Source: an uncultured Actinomycetota bacterium
Lineage (GTDB): Bacteria; Actinomycetota; Actinomycetes; Mycobacteriales; Micromonosporaceae
DNA length: 64,000 bases
Direction: 5' to 3'
NCBI GenBank assembly: GCA_963805605.1
Contig: CAWDUX010000002.1
Span: 119,672-183,671, forward strand
In this document: piece by piece, positions 47,929-59,568 of the stretch
Position numbering within the stretch: position 1 is the first letter of the stretch
How the letters are laid out: each line of letters starts with the position of its first letter
Made by a program: the position numbers and the translations under genes
Notes under the pieces: model-generated
Told to the model about the DNA's origin: nothing
The model's input: only the letters and a program-made list of their open reading frames with translations
The model's database searches: none

Positions 47929-47959
47929 AAGCGTGCCGTGGGCCACTCCGGCCGTACTG

Positions 47960-47973
47960 CGCTGAGAGCGAAC
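47960..47973. promoter_or_regulatory. ClgR-type binding site (GTTCGC-N5-GCG on the minus strand)
   Basis: CGCTGAGAGCGAAC upstream of clpP1 matches the established actinobacterial ClgR box; TAGGGT -10-like hexamer ~40 bp downstream. Confidence 0.7.
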
Positions 47974-48095
47974 AGTGCCCCGGTGGCGCGCTGCCGGGCC
48001 GGCGTACCGGCTAGGGTCGAATCACCACCAGCTAGCGCGAGAGTGCCGGCTACTTCACAGCCGGTGCCCCTGCGGTGCCGAGAGGACTGCCTACC

Positions 48096-48734
48096 ATGAC
48101 TGACCTGAACACGCCGGCGGTGCCTACCGCGCGCACGCCGGAGAGCGGCAGTGGGTTCGACGATCTCGTCTTCAACCGCCTGCTCCGCGAGCGCATCATC
48201 TTCCTCGGTAGCGAGGTCACCGACGAGTCGGCCAACCGGGTCGTCGCTCAGCTGCTGCTGCTGGCGGCCGAGGACCCCGAGCGCGACATCTCGCTCTACA
48301 TCAACTCGCCGGGTGGCTCGGTCTTCTCCGGCATGGCGATCTACGACACGATGCAGTTCATCCAGAACGACGTCGCCACCTACGCGCTGGGCATGGCCGC
48401 GTCGATGGGGCAGCTGCTACTGTGCTCCGGCGCGCCGGGCAAGCGCTTCGCCCTGCCGCACGCGCGGATCATGATGCACCAGCCGTCCGGCGGTATCGGT
48501 GGCACCGCGGCCGACGTCGCGATCCAGGCCGAGCAGATGGTCTACACCAAGAAGATGTTCCAGGAGTGCGTGGGCCATCACACCGGTCAGACCCTGGAGC
48601 AGATCGAGGCCGACTCCGACCGGGACCGCTGGTTCACGGCCGAAGAGGCCCGGGACTACGGCTTCATCGACCACGTGGTCACCGGCGCCCTGCAGGTGCC
48701 CGGCGGTGCGGGTCTGGCTGAGTCGTCCTCCTGA
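48096..48734 (+). CDS. clpP1: ATP-dependent Clp protease proteolytic subunit 1
   Basis: YINSPGG, AASMG (Ser), MMHQP (His), DRDRWF. Confidence 0.96.
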   Translation: MTDLNTPAVPTARTPESGSGFDDLVFNRLLRERIIFLGSEVTDESANRVVAQLLLLAAEDPERDISLYINSPGGSVFSGMAIYDTMQFIQNDVATYALGMAASMGQLLLCSGAPGKRFALPHARIMMHQPSGGIGGTAADVAIQAEQMVYTKKMFQECVGHHTGQTLEQIEADSDRDRWFTAEEARDYGFIDHVVTGALQVPGGAGLAESSS

Positions 48735-48814
48735 CCGGCGGTGGTGGCCGGTCCAGGTTCGTCACGGACCGACCCGCCACCGAATCCCACTGGCCCGGCT
48801 TGACCGAAGGAACC

Positions 48815-49480
48815 ATGATGAATCTGATGACACCGTCCCAGTCCGGCTTCGCGCCGGTGCAGAACCGCTACATCCTGCCGTCGTTCGTTGAGCGCACCTC
48901 GTACGGGGTCAAGGAGTCCAACCCGTACAACATGATGTTCGAGGAGCGGATCATCTTCCTCGGCGCGCAGATCGACGACGTGTCCGCCAACGACGTGATG
49001 GCGCAGCTGCTGGCGCTGGAGTCGATGGACCCGGACCGCGACATCACCATGTACATCAACTCGCCCGGTGGCTCGTTCACGGCGATGACTGCGATCTACG
49101 ACACCATGCAGTACATCCGCTGCGACATCTCGACCGCGTGCCTGGGCCAGGCGGCCTCGGCCGCCGCCGTGCTGCTGTCGGCCGGTGCGCCCGGCAAACG
49201 GATGGCCCTGCCCAACTCGCGGATCATCATCCACCAGCCCGCCACCGAGGGAGGGTACGGTCAGGGCTCGGACATCGAGATCCAGGCCAGGGAGATCATG
49301 CGGATGCGCACCATGCTGGAGGAACTGATCTCCAAGCACTGCCACCGCGATGTCGAGCTGGTGCGGCGGGACATCGATCGAGACAAGATCCTGACAGCGG
49401 CCGAGGCCAAGGATTACGGCTTGGTCGACCAGGTGCTGCCCAGCCGCAAGAAGAACGCGGTGGCGGTAGCGGCGGGCTGA
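48815..49480 (+). CDS. clpP2: ATP-dependent Clp protease proteolytic subunit 2
   Basis: YINSPGG, QAASAAA, IIHQP, DRDKIL. Confidence 0.96.
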   Translation: MMNLMTPSQSGFAPVQNRYILPSFVERTSYGVKESNPYNMMFEERIIFLGAQIDDVSANDVMAQLLALESMDPDRDITMYINSPGGSFTAMTAIYDTMQYIRCDISTACLGQAASAAAVLLSAGAPGKRMALPNSRIIIHQPATEGGYGQGSDIEIQAREIMRMRTMLEELISKHCHRDVELVRRDIDRDKILTAAEAKDYGLVDQVLPSRKKNAVAVAAG

Positions 49481-49597
49481 ACCCCGTTCGGGGGTCCGCT
49501 ACGGGCCCCCGAGCGGGTACCGTCGAAGAATCGGTACGTCCACATAGTCGTACGCGGCCGGGTGCAAACCCGGTCGCCGGTGCAGGGGGAGTCGTAG

Positions 49598-50893
49598 GTG
49601 GCACGGATCGGCGACGGCGGTGACCTGCTCAAGTGTTCCTTCTGCGGGAAATCTCAGAAGCAGGTCAAGAAGCTCATCGCGGGCCCCGGGGTCTACATCT
49701 GCGACGAGTGCATCGACCTGTGCAACGAGATCATCGAGGAAGAACTCAGTGAGTCGGGCGACGTCAAGTGGGACGAGTTGCCCAAGCCCAAGGAGATCTG
49801 CGAGTTCCTCGATCAGTACGTGGTGGGCCAGGACCAGGCCAAACGGGCACTCTCGGTGGCCGTCTACAACCACTACAAGCGTATTCAGGCGGAATCGGCC
49901 AATCACCGGTCCGGCAGCGGCGACCCGGTCGAACTGGCCAAGTCGAACATTCTGCTGATCGGGCCGACCGGGTGTGGCAAGACGCACCTGGCGCAGACCC
50001 TGGCCCGGCTGCTCAACGTGCCGTTCGCGATGGCGGACGCCACGGCGCTGACCGAGGCCGGCTACGTCGGTGAGGACGTGGAGAACATTCTCCTCAAACT
50101 CATCCAGGCAGCCGATTACGACGTCAAGCGGGCCGAAACCGGCATCATCTACATCGACGAGATCGACAAGATCGCCCGCAAGAGCGAGAACCCGTCGATC
50201 ACCCGCGACGTGTCCGGTGAGGGCGTCCAGCAGGCCCTGCTGAAGATTCTGGAGGGCACCACCGCCTCCGTGCCACCGCAGGGCGGCCGCAAGCATCCGC
50301 ACCAGGAGTTCATCCAGATCGACACCACCAACGTGCTGTTCATCTGCGGTGGTGCGTTCGCCGGCCTGGAGAAGATCATCGAACAGCGGGTCGGCAAGAA
50401 GGGCCTCGGCTTCGGTGCTCAGCTGCACAGCAAGGAAGAGCGTTCGACCGACGACGTGTTCTCCGAGGTGATGCCGGAGGACCTGCTGAAGTTCGGGATG
50501 ATCCCGGAGTTCAACGGCCGGCTCCCGGTGGTCACCAGCGTACGGAACCTGGATCGCGAGGCGCTGATCCGGATCCTCCGCGAACCGAAGAATGCGCTGG
50601 TCAAGCAGTACGCGCGGCTCTTCGAGCTGGACGGTGTCGAACTCGGCTTCGACGATGACGCGCTGGCCGCCATCGCCGATCAGGCGATTCTGCGGGGCAC
50701 CGGTGCCCGTGGGCTGCGGGCCATCATGGAAGAGGTCCTGCAGCCGGTGATGTACGAGATACCGAGCCGGCTGGACGTCGCGCGGGTCGTGGTCACCCGC
50801 GAGGTCGTACTGGAGAACGTCAACCCGACGATCGTGCCGCGGGACGCGCGGGAGACCAGAACCACGCGGGAACGCCGGGAGAAGTCGGCCTGA
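49598..50893 (+). CDS. clpX: ATP-dependent Clp protease ATP-binding subunit
   Basis: C4 zinc finger CSFCGK...[31 protein letters not shown] loop, GARGLR. Confidence 0.98.
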   Translation: MARIGDGGDLLKCSFCGKSQKQVKKLIAGPGVYICDECIDLCNEIIEEELSESGDVKWDELPKPKEICEFLDQYVVGQDQAKRALSVAVYNHYKRIQAESANHRSGSGDPVELAKSNILLIGPTGCGKTHLAQTLARLLNVPFAMADATALTEAGYVGEDVENILLKLIQAADYDVKRAETGIIYIDEIDKIARKSENPSITRDVSGEGVQQALLKILEGTTASVPPQGGRKHPHQEFIQIDTTNVLFICGGAFAGLEKIIEQRVGKKGLGFGAQLHSKEERSTDDVFSEVMPEDLLKFGMIPEFNGRLPVVTSVRNLDREALIRILREPKNALVKQYARLFELDGVELGFDDDALAAIADQAILRGTGARGLRAIMEEVLQPVMYEIPSRLDVARVVVTREVVLENVNPTIVPRDARETRTTRERREKSA

Positions 50894-50940
50894 GGGCTGC
50901 AACACGGTAACAACGGGACTGCGTACGTGAGGCGGGCGTC

Positions 50941-51624
50941 ATGACGACGCTCGCCTCCGTGCTGCGTCTGATGGAGACCGGGCGTTCCCTTCCCGCCGAC
51001 GGCGGGGTGACGGTGCTGCCCGCCCCGTCCGATCGGGACGCGCTGGTACTCGGGCTCACCGGGCACCACGTGGTGGCGGCGGACGTACCGTCGAACTGGG
51101 TCCGGCGCCAGTTACCTGCCGGTGACCTGTCGGCGCCGCTCAACCCGCCCTTCCTGACCGCTCTGGGTGCGCGGCTGGGCCGGGTGCCCGACAACCTCGA
51201 CCTGCTCCTGCTGGCCCCTGCCTGTCCCGGTACGCCGGATGCGGAGCTGGTCGAAGCCACCACGCGGGTCGGGGCGGTCGAGCATCCACGGGTGGCCCGG
51301 GCCCGTGGGCACCGCGACGAGGTACGGGTCTGGTGCGCCGATGGCGGCCTGGCCACCCTGGGCCGGGGTGTGGCGGGTCGGCTGGAGGCAGCGATCGAGG
51401 TCGACCCGGCCGCCCGGGGCCGTGGACTGGGTCGCCGGCTGGCCGGCGCGTTGCGGCACGCCGCGCCCGCCGGTAGCAGCATCTGGGCGCAGGTCGCGCC
51501 AGCCAACGTGGCGAGTGTGCGCGCGTTCCTCGCCGCCGGCTACCGTCCGGTCGGGGCTGAGGTGCTGTTCTGCGCAGCCACCGGCCCGAACCTCCAGATC
51601 CGGGCGTCGAACACCGGTCGGTAG
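50941..51624 (+). CDS. GNAT family acetyltransferase
   Basis: C-terminal V.PAARGRGLG and NVASVRAFLAAGY motifs. Confidence 0.75.
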   Translation: MTTLASVLRLMETGRSLPADGGVTVLPAPSDRDALVLGLTGHHVVAADVPSNWVRRQLPAGDLSAPLNPPFLTALGARLGRVPDNLDLLLLAPACPGTPDAELVEATTRVGAVEHPRVARARGHRDEVRVWCADGGLATLGRGVAGRLEAAIEVDPAARGRGLGRRLAGALRHAAPAGSSIWAQVAPANVASVRAFLAAGYRPVGAEVLFCAATGPNLQIRASNTGR

Positions 51625-51782
51625 CCCTGGTGACAGTGCTCGGCCAGCGCGGTCGCCAGTTCGGCCGGCATCGGACTCATGCCAAGGCCCGAACACCCGG
51701 GCGTCGGATTCGCGTTTGATGTGCACCCGGTGATTACCGGGGTCCGTTCGGACCAGACCGCACCTGGTTTTCGCCGGTTACC

Positions 51783-52265
51783 GTGACAGCCATGAGCTAC
51801 CTGCCGGAGACGCCGGTACCGCGGGCCCCGGACAGACCGCGTGGTGTGACCGGAGCCGGGATCGGCCTGATCGTCGCGGGTGCCGTCAGCTTCGTGTGCG
51901 GCGCGATCTGGATGGCGGCCGGCCTCTCCGTCCTCAGCGACGAGGCCAGAACCTCGCAGTTCGGCGGGGCCAGCGACATATTCGCGTACGTGGTGGTGTT
52001 CTCGCCGGTCGTCACGGTGTTCCTGGCGCCGGCCACCATCATCGGCGGTGTGCAGCTGCTGCGCCGCGCGAACCGGGGTCTGGTCACGGCGGGGGCGATC
52101 GCTGCGGTCGTACCACTGTCGTCGTGCTGTTTCCTGGTCGGTGTTCCGTTCGGTATCTGGGCCTTGGTGGTGCTGCGGCGGCCGGAGACGCGGGCCTGGT
52201 ACGCCGGCGACAGAGCCACACCCGCCGCCCGGACCGGGTATCCGTCCCTACCCGACTGGTACTGA
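51783..52265 (+). CDS. Hypothetical membrane protein (paralog 1)
   Basis: 3-4 TMs; PLSSCCFLVGVPFGIWALVVLRRPE motif. Confidence 0.75.
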   Translation: MTAMSYLPETPVPRAPDRPRGVTGAGIGLIVAGAVSFVCGAIWMAAGLSVLSDEARTSQFGGASDIFAYVVVFSPVVTVFLAPATIIGGVQLLRRANRGLVTAGAIAAVVPLSSCCFLVGVPFGIWALVVLRRPETRAWYAGDRATPAARTGYPSLPDWY

Positions 52266-52319
52266 CCAACGCGAGGACGCGGTGTTCCCGCGGACCGCTG
52301 TGCGGTCTAGCGTCACAGC

Positions 52320-52892
52320 ATGAACTGGGAGACGGCGCGGCAGCAGCCGAAGGGGGCGACTGGATCGGGCTCCGGCCTGATCGTCGTCGGCACGGTGAAC
52401 TTCCTGACCGCGGGCATCTACCTGATCGGCGGGCTGTCCAACATCGGCGGCGGTGAACTGGACAAGAGCGTCAGCTCCGGGGACACTGCCGGAACCGTCG
52501 GCTACGTCATCGGCTCGGTTTTCCCGATTCTGTGTCTGATCCTGGCGCCCGCCACCATCATCGGCGGGGTGCAGCTGATCCGCGGCCGTACCCGCAACCT
52601 CGCTGCGGTGGGCGCGATCGTGGCGCTCGTACCGCTGACATCGTGCTGTTTCCTTGCGGGCATCCCGTTGGGGGTCTGGGCTCTGGCGGTGCTGCGCCGG
52701 CCCGACGTGCGGGCCTGGTTCGCCGGTCGCCCCGGCGCCGACGGCCAGCAGTACCCGGGTCAGCCGTACCCCGGCTACCCGCCGTATCCGCTGGCCGGCA
52801 GCGGTCAGCAGCAGCCGTACCCTGGTCAGCCGTACCCGCCGTCCGGGGGCAACCAGCAGTACCCGCCGGACCCGTACCAGCCCTGGCGTTGA
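52320..52892 (+). CDS. Hypothetical membrane protein (paralog 2) with PGQPY-rich tail
   Basis: 3-4 TMs; PLTSCCFLAGIPLGVWALAVLRRPD motif. Confidence 0.75.
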   Translation: MNWETARQQPKGATGSGSGLIVVGTVNFLTAGIYLIGGLSNIGGGELDKSVSSGDTAGTVGYVIGSVFPILCLILAPATIIGGVQLIRGRTRNLAAVGAIVALVPLTSCCFLAGIPLGVWALAVLRRPDVRAWFAGRPGADGQQYPGQPYPGYPPYPLAGSGQQQPYPGQPYPPSGGNQQYPPDPYQPWR

Positions 52893-53011
52893 CCGGCACG
52901 TCGAGGGTGTGTGGGCGGTAGGGCGTACCAGCCCTGGCGGCCCCGGATCCGCGGCTACCGGAGTGGCACCGGGAGACGGGGAGCTGCGGTCGGTTCCGTA
53001 GACTTGGCGGC

Positions 53012-55693
53012 GTGACCGTGACTCCACAGACCCAGGCCGCGACCGAGCTTCCCGCCCAGTACCAGCCGGGTGAGGTAGAGACCCGCCGTTACGAGCAATG
53101 GGTGGCCGCGGGGTATTTCGGTGCGGACGGTGGATCCGGCAAACAGCCGTTCAGCGTCGTCATACCGCCACCGAACGTGACTGGCTCTCTGCACATGGGT
53201 CACGCGCTGGACCACACGATGCAGGACATGATGGTCCGCCGCCGCCGGATGCAGGGCTACGACGCCCTGTGGATGCCCGGTATGGACCATGCCGGCATCG
53301 CCACCCAGAACGTGGTGGAACGTCAGCTCGCTGCCGACGGGCTGTCCCGCCACGACCTGGGCCGGGACGCCTTCGTGGACCGGGTCTGGCAGTGGAAGGA
53401 AGAATACGGCGGCCGGATCCTGGGCCAGATGCGCCGGCTCGGCGACTCGGTCGACTGGAGCCGTGAGCGGTTCACCATGGATGCGGGCCTGTCCCGGGCG
53501 GTCCTGACGATCTTCAAGCGGCTCTACACCGACGGCCTGATCTACCGCGCCGAGCGCATCATCAACTGGTGCCCGCGCTGCTTGACCGCGTTGAGCGACA
53601 TCGAGGTGGAGCACTCCGACGACGAGGGCGAACTCGTCTCGTTCCGGTACGGCGACGGGGACAGCTCGATCGTGGTGGCCACCACCCGTGCCGAGACGAT
53701 GCTCGGTGACACCGCGGTGGCGGTGCATCCCGACGACACCCGGTACGCGCACCTGATCGGCACCGAGGTCGAGGTGCCGTTCACCGGGCGGCGGATCCCG
53801 ATCGTGGCGGACGCGCATGTGGACCCGAACTTCGGCACCGGCGCGGTGAAGGTGACCCCGGCGCACGACCCGAACGACTTCGAGATCGGCCGGCGTCATG
53901 ACCTGCCGTCGCTGACCGTGCTCGACGAACATGCGGTGATCACCGCGCACGGACCGTTCCAGGGACTGGACCGGTACGAGGCCCGCCCGGCGATCGTCGC
54001 GGCGCTGCGCGAACACGGTCGGGTGGTGGCGGAGAAGCGCCCGTACGTGCATGCTGTCGGGCACTGTTCGCGCTGCCAGACCACGGTCGAGCCGAGGCTC
54101 AGCAAGCAGTGGTTCGTCAAGGTGGAGCCGCTGGCGAAGGCGGCCGGCGACGCGGTACGCGACGGCCGGGTCAGCATCCAGCCACCGGAACAGAACAAGC
54201 GCTACTTCGCCTGGGTCGACAACATGCACGACTGGTGCATCTCCCGCCAGTTGTGGTGGGGGCACCGGATCCCGATCTGGTACGGGCCGGACGGGGAGAC
54301 CGTGTGTGTCGGTCCGGGCGAGGAGGCGCCCACTGGTGAGGGCTGGGCCCAGGACACCGACGTACTGGACACCTGGTTCTCCTCGGCGCTGTGGCCGTTC
54401 TCCACCCTCGGCTGGCCGGAGCAGACACCCGAACTGGCGAAGTTCTATCCGACCAGCGTGCTGGTCACCGGGTACGACATCCTGTTCTTCTGGGTCGTCC
54501 GGATGATGATGTTCGGCCTGTACGCGATGGACGGTCAGCCACCGTTCCACGAGGTGGTCCTGCACGGGCTGGTCCGCGATCAGTTCGGCAAGAAGATGTC
54601 GAAGTCGCGCGGCAACGTGGTGGATCCGCTGGAGTGGATGGACACCTACGGTGCCGACGCGACCCGCTTCACGCTCGCCCGCGGTGCCAACCCGGGTGCC
54701 GACGTGGCGGTATCCGACGAGTGGGCGCAGGGCTCGCGCAACTTCTGCAACAAGCTGTGGAACGCGACGCGGTTCGCGATGATCAACGGCGCTACGGTGG
54801 CCGGGCCGTTGCCGGCCGGTACCGAACTGTCCAGTGTGGACAGGTGGATCCTGTCCCGGTTGCAACACACCCTGACCGAAGTGGACCGGCAGTTCGACCG
54901 GTACGAGTACGCCAAGGTCTGCGACCTGCTCTACCACTTCGCCTGGGACGACGTCTGCGACTGGTACCTGGAGCTGGCGAAGCCCGTACTGGCCGAGGGT
55001 GGTGGGGCCGCGGAGGGCACCCGTCGGATACTCGGTCACGTCCTCGACGTACTGCTGCGTCTGTTGCATCCGGTGATGCCGTTCGTGACCGACGAGCTGT
55101 GGGGCGCGTTGACCGGTCGCGAGGGCACCGCGCCCGCCGACCGGGTCGACGCCGCGTCCTTCGAGGACATCGACAGCATCATGGTGGCGAGCTGGCCGAC
55201 CAGCGACCCGACACTGGTGGACGATCCCGCCGAGGCGGAGATCGCCGCGCTGCAACGGGTCGTGACCGAGGTCCGGCGGTTCCGCTCCGACCAGGGCCTC
55301 AAGCCCGGTCAACGGGTGGCGGCCCGGCTGTCCGGCCTCGAAGCGGCCGGTATCGGCGGCCACCAGGCACTGATCCGTTCGCTGGCCCGGCTCACCCAGC
55401 CGGCCGAGGACTTCCAGCCGACCGCGAGCCTCACCGTGTCCGGCGCCGGGGTCGGCGTCGAACTCGACACCCGGGGCAGCATCGACGTGACGGCTGAGCG
55501 TACCCGGCTGGACAAGGACCTGACCGCTGCCCGCAAGGAGGCCGAGGGCTGCACCAGGAAACTGGCCAACGAGGCGTTCCTGGCCAAGGCCCCCGAGCCG
55601 GTGGTGGCGAAGATCCGTGGTCGGCTGGCCGCGGCGGAGGCTGAGATCGCCCGACTGACCGCGGCGCTGGAAAGTCTGACCGCGCATGGCTGA
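53012..55693 (+). CDS. valS: Valine--tRNA ligase
   Basis: [13 protein letters not shown] (HIGH), [18 protein letters not shown]-terminal coiled coil. Confidence 0.98.
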   Translation: MTVTPQTQAATELPAQYQPGEVETRRYEQWVAAGYFGADGGSGKQPFSVVIPPPNVTGSLHMGHALDHTMQDMMVRRRRMQGYDALWMPGMDHAGIATQNVVERQLAADGLSRHDLGRDAFVDRVWQWKEEYGGRILGQMRRLGDSVDWSRERFTMDAGLSRAVLTIFKRLYTDGLIYRAERIINWCPRCLTALSDIEVEHSDDEGELVSFRYGDGDSSIVVATTRAETMLGDTAVAVHPDDTRYAHLIGTEVEVPFTGRRIPIVADAHVDPNFGTGAVKVTPAHDPNDFEIGRRHDLPSLTVLDEHAVITAHGPFQGLDRYEARPAIVAALREHGRVVAEKRPYVHAVGHCSRCQTTVEPRLSKQWFVKVEPLAKAAGDAVRDGRVSIQPPEQNKRYFAWVDNMHDWCISRQLWWGHRIPIWYGPDGETVCVGPGEEAPTGEGWAQDTDVLDTWFSSALWPFSTLGWPEQTPELAKFYPTSVLVTGYDILFFWVVRMMMFGLYAMDGQPPFHEVVLHGLVRDQFGKKMSKSRGNVVDPLEWMDTYGADATRFTLARGANPGADVAVSDEWAQGSRNFCNKLWNATRFAMINGATVAGPLPAGTELSSVDRWILSRLQHTLTEVDRQFDRYEYAKVCDLLYHFAWDDVCDWYLELAKPVLAEGGGAAEGTRRILGHVLDVLLRLLHPVMPFVTDELWGALTGREGTAPADRVDAASFEDIDSIMVASWPTSDPTLVDDPAEAEIAALQRVVTEVRRFRSDQGLKPGQRVAARLSGLEAAGIGGHQALIRSLARLTQPAEDFQPTASLTVSGAGVGVELDTRGSIDVTAERTRLDKDLTAARKEAEGCTRKLANEAFLAKAPEPVVAKIRGRLAAAEAEIARLTAALESLTAHG

Positions 55694-57032
55694 CAGGAAA
55701 GGCGCCGCGGAGGACTTCGCGGCCGTCGACACGGAACTGCTGGAACGCGGCTTCACCCGGATGGTGTTCGAGCCGGAGCGCATCACCAGCCTGCTCGACC
55801 TGCTGGGCAGCCCGCAGCAGGCATTCCCGTCGATCCACCTGACCGGAACCAACGGCAAGACGTCCACGGCCCGGATGATCGACTCGCTGCTGCGGGTACA
55901 CGGCATGCGCGCCGGCCGCTACACCAGCCCGCACCTGGAGACCGTACGGGAACGGATCGTGCTGGACGGCGAGCCGTTGTCGGAGGAACGTTTCGTCGAG
56001 GTGTACCGCGAGATCGGCCCCATGGTCGAGATGATCGACCGCGAATACCCGGAGCCGGTCACCTACTTCGAGCTCACCACCGCGATGGCGTTCGCCGCGT
56101 TCGCCGACGCGCCGGTCGACGTGGCAGTGGTGGAGGTTGGTCTCGGCGGTGCGACCGACGCGACGAACGTGCTGCACGCGCCGGTCTGCGTACTGACCCC
56201 GGTGGGGCTGGACCACGCGGAATGGCTCGGTGACACGATCGCCGAGATCGCCACCCAGAAGATGGGCATCGTGCAGGAGGGCGCCACGCTGATCTGCGCG
56301 GCGCAACCGGAGGAGGCGGTCCGGCCGATCCTGCAGCGTTGTGCGGACGTCAACGCCACGCTGGCCCGGGAGGGCGCCGAGTTCGGGGTGCTGCGCCGCC
56401 AGGTCGCGATCGGTGGCCAGATGCTCAACCTGCAAGGGCTGGGCGAGGTGTACGAGGACGTCTTCCTGCCGTTGCACGGCGCCCACCAGGCGCAGAACGC
56501 GGCGCTCGCGTTGGCCGCGGTGGAGGCGCTGCTCGGTGCCGGCGGTGGCCGGGCGCTGTCCGCCGAGCTGGTCCGGGAAGGGTTCGCGCAGGTGAGTTCG
56601 CCCGGCCGGCTGGAACGCCTGCGGGCCAATCCGACCGTACTGGTCGACGCGGCACACAATCCGGCGGGGATGACCGCCACGGTGACCGCGTTGCAGGAGG
56701 AGTTCCAGTTCCGCCGGCTGGTCGTACTGATGGCGCCGCTGATGGACAAGGACGTCGCGACGATGTTGGAACTGCTGGAGCCTATCGCGGACGAGATCGT
56801 CCTCAGCCGCAACTCCTCGCCCAGGGCGATGCCGCTGCCGAGCCTGCAGGAACTGGCTGACGAGATCTTCGGCCCGGAACGGGTCCGGGTGGAGCCGGAA
56901 CTGCCGGATGCCATCCAGGAGGCGGTCGGTCTGGCCGAACACGGTGAGGATGCTGCGCTCGGTGGCCTCGGCGTCCTGATCACCGGTTCGGTGGTGACCG
57001 TTGCGGACGCACGGAAACTGTTGGTGCGATGA
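55686..57032 (+). CDS. folC: Folylpolyglutamate synthase/dihydrofolate synthase
   Basis: [34 protein letters not shown]. Confidence 0.97.
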   Translation: MADRKGAAEDFAAVDTELLERGFTRMVFEPERITSLLDLLGSPQQAFPSIHLTGTNGKTSTARMIDSLLRVHGMRAGRYTSPHLETVRERIVLDGEPLSEERFVEVYREIGPMVEMIDREYPEPVTYFELTTAMAFAAFADAPVDVAVVEVGLGGATDATNVLHAPVCVLTPVGLDHAEWLGDTIAEIATQKMGIVQEGATLICAAQPEEAVRPILQRCADVNATLAREGAEFGVLRRQVAIGGQMLNLQGLGEVYEDVFLPLHGAHQAQNAALALAAVEALLGAGGGRALSAELVREGFAQVSSPGRLERLRANPTVLVDAAHNPAGMTATVTALQEEFQFRRLVVLMAPLMDKDVATMLELLEPIADEIVLSRNSSPRAMPLPSLQELADEIFGPERVRVEPELPDAIQEAVGLAEHGEDAALGGLGVLITGSVVTVADARKLLVR

Positions 57033-57544
57033 GCGATCCGGCCGACGGGACCCCCGGCGATGGTGCCGACTCCCGCGAGGGTGCTGAGCCTCGCGACGGT
57101 GCTGATTCCCAGCCTCGCGACGGTGCTCAGTCCGGCGACGGCAGTGCATCCGGCAGCGATGCCGAAGCTCGCGATGAGATCGCCGCCGACGCATCGGCGC
57201 CGCAGTCGGGTCTGCGCAATCCGGCTGCCGCGCTGCGTGGCGTAGGCGCTGCGACACTGGCCATCGAGGCACTGGTGCTGTTGCTGGCGATCCAGCCGCT
57301 ACGGGTGCTGGGAGGTCACCTGTCCGGCCCGGGGGTCGGCGTGTTGGTGGCGCTGGCGGTGCTCTGCTGCGTACTGGCCGGGCTGCTCCGACGTCGATGG
57401 GCGTGGTTCGCCGTGCTGGTGCTGCAGTTACTGGTGATCGGGACCGGGGTCCTACAGTGGGCGCTGATCGTCATCGGTCTGGGCTTCGCCTCGATCTGGC
57501 TGTACGTTCTGCATCTGCGTAGCACGATCCTTGGCCGGATCTGA
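57029..57544 (+). CDS. DUF4233 family membrane protein
   Basis: About 4 TMs, between folC and ndk; N-terminal in-frame 24-bp repeats (57087-57127). Confidence 0.8.
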   Translation: MSDPADGTPGDGADSREGAEPRDGADSQPRDGAQSGDGSASGSDAEARDEIAADASAPQSGLRNPAAALRGVGAATLAIEALVLLLAIQPLRVLGGHLSGPGVGVLVALAVLCCVLAGLLRRRWAWFAVLVLQLLVIGTGVLQWALIVIGLGFASIWLYVLHLRSTILGRI

Positions 57545-57589
57545 CCAGCTGAGCGCCGTGGAGCCGCACCGCGACCCCGCGGCCACCGA

Positions 57590-58786
57590 TCAGTTCCGTA
57601 GGGCCACCGGCATCCGGTGGTAGAGCCGACTGCGTACAGCGGTCCAGCAGCGGATCAGCAGATCGCCCAGCGGTCGGGAGAAGCGGTTCTCCACGGCCAC
57701 ATGCAGCAGCCACGCCAGCCCGGTCATCAGGGCCAGGGTCAGTCCCATCGTCACCCAACGGTCCACACCCAGGCCGGCGTGCAGGTAGTCGATGGTGATG
57801 AACCCGATGTTCTCGTGGATCAGATAGAGCGGGTAGGTCAGGCCGGCGACGACCGAGACCCGGCCGGCACCGGGCAGCCGGGCGCCGGAACAGATCGCCG
57901 CGAAGATGGCGAAGATCGCGGTCACCACCCCACCGATGATCACCGGCGAATAGCTGACGTCGTACCGGTCGGCCAGCACGGTGAAGTAGTGCACCGCCCA
58001 GTGCACGCAGCAGGCGTACGCCGCTGCCAGCGGCACCACGTACTTCCAGCGCCAGCCGTCCCTGGCGACCAGAGCGAACAGCATCCCCGCGACGAAGTAG
58101 CAGGCCCACGAGGGAACCAGGACCAATTGGATCCAGTCGGGCGCGGGCAGATAGGCGTGCACCATGGAGAGGGCGAGCCAGCCGGCGCAGAATCCGATGA
58201 CCCGGTTGGTGGTCAGACCGATCTTCACGAACCCGAGCATCATCAGGTAGAACGCGAGTTCGATGGTGAGTGTCCAGTAGACGCCGTCGACATAGTCGAC
58301 GCCGTATGCCTCACTGAACATCGACAGGTTCATCAACCATTTGTCGAACGACACGGTGTACCGGTCGCCGGGGCCGAACGCGATGATCAGCGCGGTCAGG
58401 GTGCAGGCCACCCAGAAGGCCGGATAGAGCCGGCCGACTCGGGAAGCCAGGAATTTGATCGGCGTCCGGTTCCATGCGCTGTTGAGGATGACGAAGCCGC
58501 TGATGACGAAGAACAGCGGCACCCCGATGTTTCCGTAGTGGAACACGCCACCCGGGTCGGAGAAACCCGTGTGGGCCAGTACCGGATCAGTGGTGCCGGC
58601 CCGGAAGAAGAAATGGAATCCCACCACCCCGACGGCGGCGAGCAACCGCAGCAGATCCACTTCGTGGTACCGGCGCCGACCGCCGAATCCCGCGCCGCGC
58701 GGCTCACCGACCCGGTTGCTTCCGGTGTCCTGGGGGGCACGGGGGGCAATATCGTGCGGCGCAGTGGCCGTGGCAGTGGAACTCAT
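57590..58786 (-). CDS. Acyltransferase family 3 (OafA/OatA-like) membrane protein
   Basis: DLLRLLAA..VV.FH, GVPLFFVISGF, R..RLYP, YWTL.IE..FY, YPLYLIH. Confidence 0.92.
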   Translation of the reverse strand: MSSTATATAPHDIAPRAPQDTGSNRVGEPRGAGFGGRRRYHEVDLLRLLAAVGVVGFHFFFRAGTTDPVLAHTGFSDPGGVFHYGNIGVPLFFVISGFVILNSAWNRTPIKFLASRVGRLYPAFWVACTLTALIIAFGPGDRYTVSFDKWLMNLSMFSEAYGVDYVDGVYWTLTIELAFYLMMLGFVKIGLTTNRVIGFCAGWLALSMVHAYLPAPDWIQLVLVPSWACYFVAGMLFALVARDGWRWKYVVPLAAAYACCVHWAVHYFTVLADRYDVSYSPVIIGGVVTAIFAIFAAICSGARLPGAGRVSVVAGLTYPLYLIHENIGFITIDYLHAGLGVDRWVTMGLTLALMTGLAWLLHVAVENRFSRPLGDLLIRCWTAVRSRLYHRMPVALRN

Positions 58787-59035
58787 CCCAACCTTCATAC
58801 CCATCGAAGCTGTGAAGAAACTCCGCATAAACCTAGACAACTCAGCTGTACGGAAGGCCAGGACCAGGAAATAGCAGGACGCTGTGGCTCTTTTCACAGC
58901 AGGTCGGGCCTTTTGTGTGGCTGTGGACACCCCGGAATGGGGGGCAGGAGGTTGGTTAGGCTCCCGTACACAAGGTGTCGCCGACCGTCGGTCCTCGGCC
59001 GGACACCCCACCGCTGTTACCTCACAGGAGGAATT

Positions 59036-59443
59036 GTGTCCGAGCGCACGCTGGTGCTGATCAAACCGGACGCCGTCCGGCGCGGCCTGGTCGGCGAGAT
59101 CCTGACCCGCCTAGAGCGCAAGGGTCTGCGCCTGGAGGCAGGCGAACTGCGCACCATGGACGCCGCCCTGTCCGACCAGCACTACGCCGAACACCTGGAG
59201 CGGCCCTTCTACCCGCCGCTCAAGGAGTTCATGACCTCCGGCCCGCTGCTCGCCCTGGTCGTCTCCGGCGACGAGGCCATCGCCGTGGTACGCACCCTGG
59301 CCGGTTCCACCGACGGGCGCAAGGCGCCGGCCGGCACCATCCGCGGTGACCACTCCCTGTCCAACCGGGAGAACCTGATCCACGCCTCGGACTCGGTGGA
59401 CTCCGCGAAACGCGAGATCGCCCTCTGGTTCCCGAACCTCTAG
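59036..59443 (+). CDS. ndk: Nucleoside diphosphate kinase
   Basis: RTLVLIKPD, HYAEH, GTIRGD, NLIHASDS; AGGAGG RBS. Confidence 0.98.
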   Translation: MSERTLVLIKPDAVRRGLVGEILTRLERKGLRLEAGELRTMDAALSDQHYAEHLERPFYPPLKEFMTSGPLLALVVSGDEAIAVVRTLAGSTDGRKAPAGTIRGDHSLSNRENLIHASDSVDSAKREIALWFPNL

Positions 59444-59568
59444 CAGGCGTCCGCGGCGCTGCCGCCGGGGCGACCGGCGGCAGGGCCGAGGCGACCGCTC
59501 CGGTCGCGGCACCCGATGGCCCGAGGGTGCCGCCGGTAGGGGTGGCGGCCGGCTGAGAGGATGCCGAC

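Noticed and set aside
52955-55906. Very long antisense or alternative-frame ORFs (also 3597-5564, 46087-47946, 49499-50905, 57617-59443, 61271-63457)
   Set aside because: Shadow ORFs of real high-GC3 genes; no motifs and poor codon bias
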